Shown here piece by piece: positions 52,424-61,217 of a stretch of 64,000 nt of DNA. Source of the DNA: Spirochaetaceae bacterium (lineage in GTDB: Bacteria > Spirochaetota > Spirochaetia > DSM-2461); contig JAOPTT010000018.1 of NCBI GenBank assembly GCA_051531975.1, positions 1 through 64,000 of the forward strand, read 5' to 3'. How positions within the stretch are numbered: the stretch's first letter is position 1; each line of letters starts with the position of its first letter. The translations under genes were made by a program, and so were the position numbers. The notes beneath the pieces were generated by a model, which saw only the letters and a program-made list of their open reading frames with translations, made no database searches and was not told where the DNA came from.

Positions 52424-52987
52424 ATGAGATATGTTTTTTTAACTATCATTTTATTACTGAGTACAGCTGTGTTTTCTGAAGATCCACGGCTGTTTCAGTT
52501 TATAAGTGATAAAGAGGATGAAAGTTTTATTTCTATTGAAGCTGGTAATCATGTAGGTCTATCTTTACATCTAAATAATATGAGTTTTAATGTTGGTTAT
52601 TCATATTTAATTCAAAGTGGTTTTTACATTTCTACAGATATCTTTTTATATCATAAAGAGTTAACAGAGAATATTAATCTCAAAATTGGACTTGGTGGTG
52701 GAATTATATTTAATCCATCACTTGATAATTTTGAATCAGATGCTTATTTACGAGTACCTATAAAGTTTCAATATAAGGACCTTTTTTGTTTAGCATCTCC
52801 AATTATTGGAACATCAATGTTTGAGTATGATATTAGTTGGATTTTTGGTGGATTTGTAGGTATTGGATATCAATTAGAAACTAAGCAAAAGAAAACTATA
52901 AAAGATAGTAATACTGAAACAGAAGAAAATAAAGATGTTGAAGCTAATCCAGAAGTTATAAATAAAAATGAGCAACCTAAGAAATAA
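52424..52987 (+). CDS. Small beta-barrel-like exported protein with a charged tail
   Basis: Signal peptide, IGLGGG, LRVPI, GFVGIGYQL strands. Confidence 0.6.
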   Translation: MRYVFLTIILLLSTAVFSEDPRLFQFISDKEDESFISIEAGNHVGLSLHLNNMSFNVGYSYLIQSGFYISTDIFLYHKELTENINLKIGLGGGIIFNPSLDNFESDAYLRVPIKFQYKDLFCLASPIIGTSMFEYDISWIFGGFVGIGYQLETKQKKTIKDSNTETEENKDVEANPEVINKNEQPKK

Positions 52988-53005
52988 GTTAAGCTGCTCT
53001 TTTTT

Positions 53006-54382
53006 TTAGAATGTAAGATTTTTTGCAGTCCTTGGGAATGGGATTACGTCTCTAATATTCTCCATTCCAGTTACATACATTATTAATCTTGCAAATCCAA
53101 GACCAAAACCTGAATGAGGAACAGAACCATACTTTCGAGTATCTAAATACCATTCATATTCCGCTGGATCTAATCCTACAGCTTCAATTTTTTGTTTTAA
53201 TACATCGTAGTCATCTTCTCTCTGAGAACCACCAATTATTTCACCTAATCTAGGAACTAAGACATCAACACCTCTTACAGTTTTTCCATCATCGTTAAGC
53301 TTCATATAAAAAGCTTTTATATCTTTAGGGTAGTCAACTACTGATACTGGACCATTAAAGTGTTTTGTTAAATACTTTTCATGCTCAGTATGTAGATCAA
53401 TACCCCAGGATACTGGAAATTGAAATTTTTCATCAGCCTGTTCTAGAATTTCGATTCCTTCTGTATAAGTAATTCTTTTAAAATTTGAGTTAATAACATC
53501 CTGAAGTTTTTGTATAAGTCCCTTTTCAATTCTAGCATTAAAGAATTCCATATCTTCTGCACAGTTATCTAAAACGTATTGTAAAATATACTTTAAAAAC
53601 TCCTCTGCAATATCAATATTCATATCAATGTCACAAAATGCCATTTCAGGCTCTATCATCCAAAACTCAGATAAATGTTTAGTTGTATTAGAGTTTTCTG
53701 CTCTAAATGTTGGTCCAAAAGTATAGATGTTTCCAAGTGCTGTAGCGTAAGTTTCACCACAAAGTTGACCACTAACAGTTAAAGAAGCTTTTTTCCCATA
53801 AAAGTCTCTTGTATAGTCAACACCACCATTTAGTTTTTCCATTGGTATTGTAGTTACCTGGAACATCTCTCCAGCACCTTCGGCATCACTTTCTGTGATT
53901 ATTGGAGTATTCACATATAGGAATCCATTTTCTTGAAAATATTTATGTACTGCAAAACTCATTGCATTTCTAACTCTTGCCACTGCAGCAAATGTATTAG
54001 ATCTAGGTCTTAAGTGAGCAATCTCTCTTAAGAATTCAAATGAGTGTCTTTTTTTCTGTAGTGGATAGTCATCTGGTGATTCACCTAAAACAACAATGTC
54101 TGTAGCTTGAACCTCTACAGTTTGTCCTTTACCCTGAGATTCAACCAAATTACCATTAACAGTACAACTTGCACCTGTATTAAGACGATTTATAGCATTT
54201 AATAGATTATCATTAGCAATCTCTTTATTAATGATTATCTGTATATTACTCATACATGAACCGTCATTTAATGCGATAAAACACACTGCTTTAGAATCTC
54301 TTTTAGTTCTAACCCAGCCCTTAACTGTAATTTCCTGCTCTTTTGCAGGGGTCTGTAGAATCTCTTTTATTCGTATATCCAT
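53006..54382 (-). CDS. asnS: Asparagine--tRNA ligase
   Basis: [33 protein letters not shown]. Confidence 0.98.
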   Translation of the reverse strand: MDIRIKEILQTPAKEQEITVKGWVRTKRDSKAVCFIALNDGSCMSNIQIIINKEIANDNLLNAINRLNTGASCTVNGNLVESQGKGQTVEVQATDIVVLGESPDDYPLQKKRHSFEFLREIAHLRPRSNTFAAVARVRNAMSFAVHKYFQENGFLYVNTPIITESDAEGAGEMFQVTTIPMEKLNGGVDYTRDFYGKKASLTVSGQLCGETYATALGNIYTFGPTFRAENSNTTKHLSEFWMIEPEMAFCDIDMNIDIAEEFLKYILQYVLDNCAEDMEFFNARIEKGLIQKLQDVINSNFKRITYTEGIEILEQADEKFQFPVSWGIDLHTEHEKYLTKHFNGPVSVVDYPKDIKAFYMKLNDDGKTVRGVDVLVPRLGEIIGGSQREDDYDVLKQKIEAVGLDPAEYEWYLDTRKYGSVPHSGFGLGFARLIMYVTGMENIRDVIPFPRTAKNLTF

Positions 54383-54410
54383 AGTAATGTATTATACAGA
54401 AAATAAAATA

Positions 54411-55196
54411 TTATTGTATATGGTTTTGTGTAAAAAATAACTTGTATCGGTCCCAAAACAGTAAGAAAAGGTGTTGTATGTCTTGGAAATATTCCCTTTG
54501 TAGAAAAGCTGCATTAAACCCGATATATCTATAATGCCAAGGTTCCCACATGTAAGTTGTTATATCTTCTTTATCTTTAGGATAGGAGAGTGTAAAACCA
54601 TACTTCCAGCTATTCTCTTTTAACCATATTCCCGGTTTTGTATATGCGTATGAGGGGGTAATTGTTCCAAAATCCACAGCTGTCCCCAGTTGATGTTGAC
54701 TTGACCCTGGGTAAGCTACTATTGTTGCTGCTTTCTCTTCTCCGTGATAATTTTTCATATTAGTGAAGATTTTATCTTGAAATTGATAAGAGCGATAAGT
54801 TGAAGCAATGAAAAGCTCTAAACCTTCTTTTTCAGCATCTTTCGACATCTTCAAGAAACTTTTAACAGTTATTTCAGAAAACGGCATTTGTTTGTAACGG
54901 GTCACTAGATCATAATCAGTTAGATTAATTATATCATTAGGTAAAAAAGTTGATGACAACTTATGTTCTTTATCAACCAATATAAGATTTGTATCAGGGG
55001 ATTTTAAAATTTTATCTATATATTCTAAAAAAAGATAATCATTGAACAATATATTTTTAACAATATCATTTTGGAAATCACTTATAGTTTCAGTTAAAAC
55101 CTCTTTTGATATTTTAAATGATGGATGTATATTCTTAGAATATAATGGGGTTGAAATAAATAAAAATATATAAATTAGTGTCTTATAGAAACTCAT
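54411..55196 (-). CDS. M15B D-Ala-D-Ala carboxypeptidase (VanY-like)
   Basis: STYRSY, PGSSQHQLGTAVD, EPWHYRY. Confidence 0.93.
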   Translation of the reverse strand: MSFYKTLIYIFLFISTPLYSKNIHPSFKISKEVLTETISDFQNDIVKNILFNDYLFLEYIDKILKSPDTNLILVDKEHKLSSTFLPNDIINLTDYDLVTRYKQMPFSEITVKSFLKMSKDAEKEGLELFIASTYRSYQFQDKIFTNMKNYHGEEKAATIVAYPGSSQHQLGTAVDFGTITPSYAYTKPGIWLKENSWKYGFTLSYPKDKEDITTYMWEPWHYRYIGFNAAFLQREYFQDIQHLFLLFWDRYKLFFTQNHIQ

Positions 55197-55204
55197 GATT
55201 AAAA

Positions 55205-55777
55205 TTATGAAGTTAATATAAATTTGTCAATAGTGAAAATTATAATGGTTAATATAAAACTTATATAAACATATGGATTTTTTTTTGAAGATATTATATT
55301 ACCACTTTTTTCAGAATAAGGTTTAAGATTCAGAAGTTTAATATCTATATCTGAAATCATACTTTTAAACTTTATTTTGTCACCTGTTGTTAACTGGCTA
55401 AAGTAGAAGAAAGTATCTCTTATTAAAATTCCAAATGATCCAGGCAGTTTTATATTTGACATGTTCATTGATTTAGATAGATATAACAGACCTATTAGTA
55501 GAGCCCCTCTTTCTATTCCTGAACTAAGTGCTCCTAAAGTAATATTTAATGGTCCTAAAGTATAAATTATTTGACCTAACGGCGATAATAAATTTATAAA
55601 CACAATAGTAGTTAATAATATTACATTAGGAAGTATTTTTACTCTAATTCCACTAAGAGAAGCTATTAATATATATAATATTACTAAAACAAGTTTTATT
55701 ATTGGGTTTTCAATAAATATAAATAATAAAATTGTTAATAATGAGATTAAGTTTCTAATATTAAGCTCCTTATCCAT
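55205..55777 (-). CDS. Membrane protein, short EcfT/CbiQ-like
   Basis: About 5 TM segments; NLLSPLGQIIY...ITLGALSSGIERG resembles the EcfT N-terminal region. Confidence 0.55.
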   Translation of the reverse strand: MDKELNIRNLISLLTILLFIFIENPIIKLVLVILYILIASLSGIRVKILPNVILLTTIVFINLLSPLGQIIYTLGPLNITLGALSSGIERGALLIGLLYLSKSMNMSNIKLPGSFGILIRDTFFYFSQLTTGDKIKFKSMISDIDIKLLNLKPYSEKSGNIISSKKNPYVYISFILTIIIFTIDKFILTS

Positions 55778-56274
55778 TTAGAATTAGAAATAAAGTTATT
55801 TGTTAATACTCCAATTGCAATACCTGTTACTAACCCAGTTACTAAAATTGGCAATCCAATATATTTTGCTCCAGATCCTAAAAGTAGTGTAGCTACTAAA
55901 ATTTGTACTAGATTACTAGCTAGGGCTCCTAAAACACTAATTCCTATCATGCTAACTCTTTTTTTTAATATTATATAAACTAGTATCATTATTAATCCAC
56001 TGGATATAGAACCAGCTAGTGAGTATAAAAAAATCCAACTAAATATTGTTCCCGTGACTATAGATGAACCTATAGATTTAATAAAAATTAACATTAAAGT
56101 TTGTTTTGGTGTTAACAAAATGAGGGAAATAATTATTGGAATATTAGCTAAACCTAACCGAACAAATGGGATTGGTTTAGGAATTATATGTTCTAATAAA
56201 GCTAAAAAAAGAGAAAGCGCTCCAAGAATTGAGATTAACTCTCTAGTTTTAGTGGGAGATAGCATCAATTTCAT
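55747..56274 (-). CDS. Gx transporter family / EetB-like S-component
   Basis: LEHIIPKPIPFVRLGLANI, SVLGALASNLVQ. Confidence 0.88.
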   Translation of the reverse strand: MKLMLSPTKTRELISILGALSLFLALLEHIIPKPIPFVRLGLANIPIIISLILLTPKQTLMLIFIKSIGSSIVTGTIFSWIFLYSLAGSISSGLIMILVYIILKKRVSMIGISVLGALASNLVQILVATLLLGSGAKYIGLPILVTGLVTGIAIGVLTNNFISNSKWIRSLILET

Positions 56275-56614
56275 TGTTAATATCTCCTTCTATTGTAATT
56301 AATATACGGTTGGGTAGACATGCACTACTGTGACCACTTTTACTAATAAAACCTATTTTAATACAGGACTTATTTTTACAAGGAGATTCAATTATACGAG
56401 CTTCTGAGTTTAAAATGATTATTTTAGTCTCTCCTATTATTCCACTAAATATCTTTTCCATATCTTGATCCAATGGATACAAAAAATCTTTTCCTTGTGC
56501 TACTACTTTTAAATATTGTTGGCTATTATTTGAATCTACTATATCTATTGAATAAATTGCGATTATAGATATAACACATATTATTATTACAATATCCCAG
56601 AATTTTATTAACAT
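56249..56614 (-). CDS. NusG domain II (DUF1312)/EetA-like protein
   Basis: N-terminal TM; ESPCKNKSCIKIG, SACLPNRI; second Met favoured by the TATACT box 6 nt upstream. Confidence 0.88.
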   Translation of the reverse strand: MLIKFWDIVIIICVISIIAIYSIDIVDSNNSQQYLKVVAQGKDFLYPLDQDMEKIFSGIIGETKIIILNSEARIIESPCKNKSCIKIGFISKSGHSSACLPNRILITIEGDINNEIDAISH

Positions 56615-56702
56615 AGTTAGAGTATAACTTAGCATATAACATTTTGTTAATAGAGCATTAAAATATATTTACTCTAAGGGCCTAAAGTTATAATATAATA
56701 TA

Positions 56703-57044
56703 ATGAATATACAGGTTATTGGTACAAAAAAGTGTAAAGATACTCAGAAGGTTGAGAGGTTCTTAAAAGATAGATCTATTTCTTATCATTTTGCAGATTT
56801 AACAGAACGAGGAATTAGTGTCGGTGAATTAAATAAAATTGCTGCTGGAAGAGATTCAGAGGAACTAATTAATACTAATTCTAAAATATATAAAAAAAAG
56901 AATTTCAAATATATGGATTTCAATCCATTAGAAGAGATCTTAGAGGCCCCCGAACTTTTAATTACTCCAATTATTAGAAGTGGTAATAAAGTTATTATTG
57001 GATTTAATCAGAAGACTCTAAAAGAGTTAATACAGGAGTCGTAA
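56703..57044 (+). CDS. ArsC/Spx-family (YffB-like) protein
   Basis: GTKKCKDTQKVERF, LLITPIIR. Confidence 0.88.
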   Translation: MNIQVIGTKKCKDTQKVERFLKDRSISYHFADLTERGISVGELNKIAAGRDSEELINTNSKIYKKKNFKYMDFNPLEEILEAPELLITPIIRSGNKVIIGFNQKTLKELIQES

Positions 57045-57047
57045 TAT

Positions 57048-57797
57048 ATGCGCTATGCAGTTATTGGTTCAGGATCATCAGCGAACTCATACATATTTGA
57101 AGTAGGTGACTCTTTATACGTTATCGATAATGGATTTTCTTTGAAACAGTTTAAAGAGAGAGTTTCTAGGCTAGGTTTTAATTATACAAAAATTAAAGGA
57201 ATTTTTTTAACTCATATACATTCTGATCACAGTAAAGGGGTTGGGGCACTATCTAGAGATTTAGAAATACCTGTTTATGCACATATTGATGTAACCGGTG
57301 ATTTTTACATCCATGAAGGAATAGAACCTTCTAAACATTATGTATTTGGAGAATTAAATATAATGCCTTTTGAGCTTTCCCACGACGCAGATGACTCAAT
57401 TAGTTTTTATTTTAAGATAGGTGATACAAGATATACATTAATTACAGATACTGGTGTCATAACTCCTCAGATGTATGAATTGGCTAAGCGATCGGATATT
57501 CTATTTTTAGAAGCAAATTATAATGAGCAAATGTTAAAAGATGGTTCTTACCCTAGCTTTCTTAAACGTAGAATATCATCTAATGTAGGACATTTATCCA
57601 ATCGAGCTGCAATTAAATTTCTAAATGATCTGAGCGAAGAGGATGATTGTGCCATATCCTATGTCTATCTTTGCCACTTATCCAAAAATAATAATAGTAT
57701 TGAAGCTGTCAAAGATGATTTTGAGGAGTATTATGACGGTGAATTCCCTTATCGTATTTGTAATAGAGATGAAGCGGTGTCGTATAAAGAACGTTAA
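57048..57797 (+). CDS. Metallo-beta-lactamase-fold hydrolase (YycJ/WalJ-like)
   Basis: GSGSSAN, THIHSDH, SHDA, TDTG, LEANY, GHLSN, HLS. Confidence 0.92.
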   Translation: MRYAVIGSGSSANSYIFEVGDSLYVIDNGFSLKQFKERVSRLGFNYTKIKGIFLTHIHSDHSKGVGALSRDLEIPVYAHIDVTGDFYIHEGIEPSKHYVFGELNIMPFELSHDADDSISFYFKIGDTRYTLITDTGVITPQMYELAKRSDILFLEANYNEQMLKDGSYPSFLKRRISSNVGHLSNRAAIKFLNDLSEEDDCAISYVYLCHLSKNNNSIEAVKDDFEEYYDGEFPYRICNRDEAVSYKER

Positions 57798-57807
57798 ATG
57801 GTTATTT

Positions 57808-57827
57808 AAACCAGGCACTGGTTTTTT
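57808..57827 (+). terminator. Inverted repeat: terminator and/or activator site
   Basis: AAACCAG-GCA-CTGGTTT plus T run. Confidence 0.55.
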
Positions 57828-57873
57828 ATACCTGATTATAGTCTGTTTAACTGGTTTTATCAGCTAAAATTTA

Positions 57874-57890
57874 TTGGCATGGAATATGCA
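57874..57890 (+). promoter_or_regulatory. sigma54 (-24/-12) promoter
   Basis: TTGGCAT-GGAAT-ATGCA (GG-N10-GC), 22 nt before the ATG at 57913. Confidence 0.75.
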
Positions 57891-57912
57891 ATGTGGTAGA
57901 TAGGGGGACGCT

Positions 57913-58179
57913 ATGTTGAGTCTATTTATTGTTGGTCTATTTTTATTCCTAAGTGCTATTTTTGTATTTAAGTTAATCCTTTTTGTTTTAGGTGTTTTAT
58001 TAGCTGGAGCTGGTTTTCTAATTAAATTTGTAATACTTTTAATAATACTATTTCCTATTTTTCCTATAATTATTTTTTTAGCAGGTAATTTCTTTTCTTT
58101 TATATCAATTTTTCTGATAATAACTTGTGGAATAATATTATCATATATATTTGTTGATGACAGGCGATATAGTAGATAA
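57913..58179 (+). CDS. Small hydrophobic membrane protein (PspG-like architecture)
   Basis: 88 aa, almost entirely hydrophobic, charged tail DDRRYSR; AGGGGA SD. Confidence 0.75.
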   Translation: MLSLFIVGLFLFLSAIFVFKLILFVLGVLLAGAGFLIKFVILLIILFPIFPIIIFLAGNFFSFISIFLIITCGIILSYIFVDDRRYSR

Positions 58180-58252
58180 TTATCTGGCTTTATATAGTAA
58201 CATAGTGTATCCTAATGGTAAGTTTGGCAGACAAAACTATTAGGAGTGTTTA

Positions 58253-59065
58253 ATGAGTAATTTTAATTTATATAAAAAAGAAGAAGGTAAAACTTTAAGT
58301 TCAAATAATTTAAAAGATATATTTTCTGGTTGGAGAGGTGCTGAAAATGAGCATTTCGTTTTTGTAGTTCCCCATGATGATGACGTTATTATTGGTGGTG
58401 CTCTTATTATTCAAAAGGCTATAGAAGAAGGTGCAAAAGTATCAGTTTTAATTACTACAGATGGTAGTATGGGGTACTGTACTGAAGAGCAAAGAGATAC
58501 AATTACAGATGTACGATATCAAGAAACAGTAAAAGGATTGGATATCTTAGGTGTAACAAATTATACATGGTTGAATTTCCCTGACTGCAGTACTTCTAAA
58601 TACATTGGAAGACGTATAGCAAAAGAGGGTGACCCTTGTATTATTGATGGTTGTACAGGCATTGAGAATGCATATACACACCATTTAAGAAAACTAAAAC
58701 CTACTAGATTGTTTGTTCCTGCTGGATCTGATCTTAATATAGATCATAAAGTTGTTTATGATGAGTTATTGATGTCAGTTTTTCATGCAACAGGTACTAT
58801 TTGGCCAAACTTAGGAGAACCTCTATCTTGGTTACCTCCAGTATATGAAATGGCAGTATATTGTGATTTTGAATCTGATCCAAATATAAAAATTACTGGC
58901 GACGATGAAGCTCTAAATAAAAAATTAGAAGCAATACTTGCTTTCCAATCACAAACACAGATTGCAGTTTTAGTAGAAAGTACAAGAGTATCCGGTAGTG
59001 TTGAATACTATAGAGATATAAAGTTCAATTTATATTCACCAGAGACTTATAAAGATCTTTTTTAG
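58253..59065 (+). CDS. PIG-L/LmbE-family deacetylase
   Basis: VVPHDDD, TDGSMG, RYQE, NIDH. Confidence 0.9.
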   Translation: MSNFNLYKKEEGKTLSSNNLKDIFSGWRGAENEHFVFVVPHDDDVIIGGALIIQKAIEEGAKVSVLITTDGSMGYCTEEQRDTITDVRYQETVKGLDILGVTNYTWLNFPDCSTSKYIGRRIAKEGDPCIIDGCTGIENAYTHHLRKLKPTRLFVPAGSDLNIDHKVVYDELLMSVFHATGTIWPNLGEPLSWLPPVYEMAVYCDFESDPNIKITGDDEALNKKLEAILAFQSQTQIAVLVESTRVSGSVEYYRDIKFNLYSPETYKDLF

Positions 59066-59538
59066 TTTTTTGTGTAGGTCACATAGGAAAATATTAAATC
59101 AGGATTTTCTTTGTGATCTTCAACATCTGATATATTCCACTCATTAATGAATTCAGGGAAGAATGTATCAGCATTAAATTCTTTTTCTAGGTGTGTTATA
59201 TATAGTTTTTCAGCGTATGGTAGGGATTCTTTGTATATATCTCCACCTCCTATAATAAATACTTCATCATCATTTTTTGAAATTGACATTGCTTCTTTTA
59301 GAGAATTTACTACAGTTGTTCCTTTAATATTCAAATCCATATTTCTTGTTATCACAATATTTTTCCTGTTTGGAAGAGGCCCTTTAGGTAGAGATTCAAA
59401 TGTTTTTCTACCCATTATTACTGTGTGTCCTGTTGTTATTTTCTTAAATCTTGGAAGATCTCCAGGAACAAAGGTTAAAAGGTTTCCCTTGTATCCTATA
59501 CCTCTATTTTTATCTATTGCAACAATTATCGATATCAT
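59062..59538 (-). CDS. folA: Dihydrofolate reductase
   Basis: [33 protein letters not shown] overlap with thyA. Confidence 0.97.
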   Translation of the reverse strand: MISIIVAIDKNRGIGYKGNLLTFVPGDLPRFKKITTGHTVIMGRKTFESLPKGPLPNRKNIVITRNMDLNIKGTTVVNSLKEAMSISKNDDEVFIIGGGDIYKESLPYAEKLYITHLEKEFNADTFFPEFINEWNISDVEDHKENPDLIFSYVTYTKN

Positions 59539-60329
59539 ACTGATATTTTTCCTTTTATTCCTGGGTGACATTCATAATTTTCTAGTGTGAAGTCTTCATA
59601 AGTAAAATCAAAAATATTTTTTATATCAGGATTTATTTTCATAGTTGGTAGAGTTTTGGGTTTCCTAGATAACTGTAATTTTACCTGCTTTAAGTGATTA
59701 TTGTAAATATGTGCATCACCTATAGTATGAATGAATTCGAAGGGTTGCAGGTTTGTTACTTGAGCAATCATCTGTAGAAGTAGGGCGTATGAGGCAATAT
59801 TAAAAGGCACACCTAAAAATATATCTGCACTTCTTTGGTATAATTGAAGTGATAATTTGCCATCATTTACATAAAATTGAAAAAAAGCATGACATGGAGG
59901 TAGTGCCATATTATCTATTTCTCCAACATTCCATGCGCTTACAATATGTCTTCTTGAACCAGGGTTATTTTTTATAGCTTCTATTACTTCTGTAATCTGA
60001 TCAATATGTTTTCCATTTGCTGTTGGCCAACTTCTCCATTGATAGCCATAAACAGGGCCTAGGTTTCCCTGGGGATCTGCCCATTCATTCCAAATTTTCA
60101 CATTATTTTCTTGTAGATACTTAATATTAGTATCGCCTTTTAAAAACCATAATAGTTCGTGAATTATCGATTTTAAATGTACTTTTTTAGTTGTAACTAA
60201 AGGGAATCCATTCTCTAAATTATATCTGTTTTGATAACCAAATGTACTAATAGTTCCAGTTCCAGTTCTATCACCTTTTTGGTTTCCTATTTCTAATACA
60301 TGTTGTAATAAGTCTAAATATTGTTTCAT
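59535..60329 (-). CDS. thyA: Thymidylate synthase
   Basis: [29 protein letters not shown]. Confidence 0.98.
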   Translation of the reverse strand: MKQYLDLLQHVLEIGNQKGDRTGTGTISTFGYQNRYNLENGFPLVTTKKVHLKSIIHELLWFLKGDTNIKYLQENNVKIWNEWADPQGNLGPVYGYQWRSWPTANGKHIDQITEVIEAIKNNPGSRRHIVSAWNVGEIDNMALPPCHAFFQFYVNDGKLSLQLYQRSADIFLGVPFNIASYALLLQMIAQVTNLQPFEFIHTIGDAHIYNNHLKQVKLQLSRKPKTLPTMKINPDIKNIFDFTYEDFTLENYECHPGIKGKISV

Positions 60330-60344
60330 AGCTTAATAGTATAG

Positions 60345-60373
60345 GAAATAAAGTATGAAATAAAGTATGAAAT
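60345..60373. repeat. 12-bp tandem duplication in the thyA promoter
   Basis: GAAATAAAGTAT x2 plus GAAAT. Confidence 0.8.
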
Positions 60374-60380
60374 GTAGAAG

Positions 60381-60485
60381 TTAATCTTTTTTTTTATTCT
60401 GATAAATCTAAATTATATATCTCTGAGTTTTATATTGTGGACAAATTGTATCAATCGATTCTGTAGAACCAATGATTAATATAAA
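60381..60485 (-). pseudogene. Relic of the CheR C terminus
   Basis: Translates FILIIGSTESIDTICPQYKTQRYII*IYQNKKKD*; no start codon, internal stop; downstream of a cheY-like gene. Confidence 0.6.
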
Positions 60486-60537
60486 CTATACTATTTTTCA
60501 AGCTTCTTTATATTTTTTCCCTTTTAATTAAAGCTCG

Positions 60538-60900
60538 TCAATTAACTACCCTGTCAATTATAGTTAATAATGTATCCCTATTGAAAGGTTTCACAATCCA
60601 CCCTTTTATCCCTGATATTGTACCCTTAATTTTCATATCATCACTAATTTTTGTGGTCAAAAATACTATTGGAATATTTGTGTAAGGTTCTCTCTTCTTT
60701 AAGTGTGTAACAAATTCAAAACCATCCATAATGGGCATATGTACATCAACAACAAAGATCGTTATATCATTTGTCAATTTATCTAATGCATCTTGACCAT
60801 TTTCACTTTCGATAATTTCCCAACCTTCAGGTATTAAAGAATCTTTTATTAAGTTTCTTATTGTAGGTGAGTCATCGATACACATCATCTTATTGCTCAT
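60538..60900 (-). CDS. CheY-like response regulator
   Basis: IDDSPTIR, VDVHMPIMDG, PIVFLTT, GWIVKPF. Confidence 0.9.
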   Translation of the reverse strand: MSNKMMCIDDSPTIRNLIKDSLIPEGWEIIESENGQDALDKLTNDITIFVVDVHMPIMDGFEFVTHLKKREPYTNIPIVFLTTKISDDMKIKGTISGIKGWIVKPFNRDTLLTIIDRVVN

Positions 60901-60940
60901 ATTATATTCTCCTCATTCAATAATTTGCCATACCACCTTA

Positions 60941-61117
60941 TCATTTATCAGTTAATGTTATTAATTCATTTGCTAAATTATCAACTGAACGTTGCATCAA
61001 TCTAATAACTTCTTTACTTAAATCTTCTGTATTATATATTTTGTGATTATCTTCTTGTTTTATCCCATGGGTAATATTAGTAGAATTGATTTTGCTTCTA
61101 TTAAAATGTTTTAACAT
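60941..61117 (-). CDS. Small 58-aa ORF absent from the ORF track (possible chemoreceptor remnant)
   Basis: MLKHFNRSKINSTNITHGIKQEDNHKIYNTEDLSKEVIRLMQRSVDNLANELITLTDK*; TTGCAA-N17-TATATT 6 nt before the ATG. Confidence 0.45.
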   Translation of the reverse strand: MLKHFNRSKINSTNITHGIKQEDNHKIYNTEDLSKEVIRLMQRSVDNLANELITLTDK

Positions 61118-61162
61118 GTATTAAATATAAGATATCAGTATTCGATTTGCAATTTTATTAAT

Positions 61163-61189
61163 AAAAAAAGGTGCTCGACATGAGCACCT
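61163..61189 (-). terminator. Terminator of the fab operon
   Basis: AGGTGCTC-N5-GAGCACCT hairpin followed by a U tract on the minus strand. Confidence 0.88.
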
Positions 61190-61217
61190 CGTAATATTTT
61201 GATATTATACTATAAAC

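Noticed and set aside
54411..55196. Vancomycin resistance cluster
   Set aside because: Lone M15B carboxypeptidase without vanHAX/vanRS; most likely housekeeping
600..59590. Short antisense or alternate-frame ORFs in the track (e.g. 600-1034, 3246-3539, 21121-21483, 44240-44851, 59147-59590)
   Set aside because: Shadows of well-supported genes, with no motifs or translation signals
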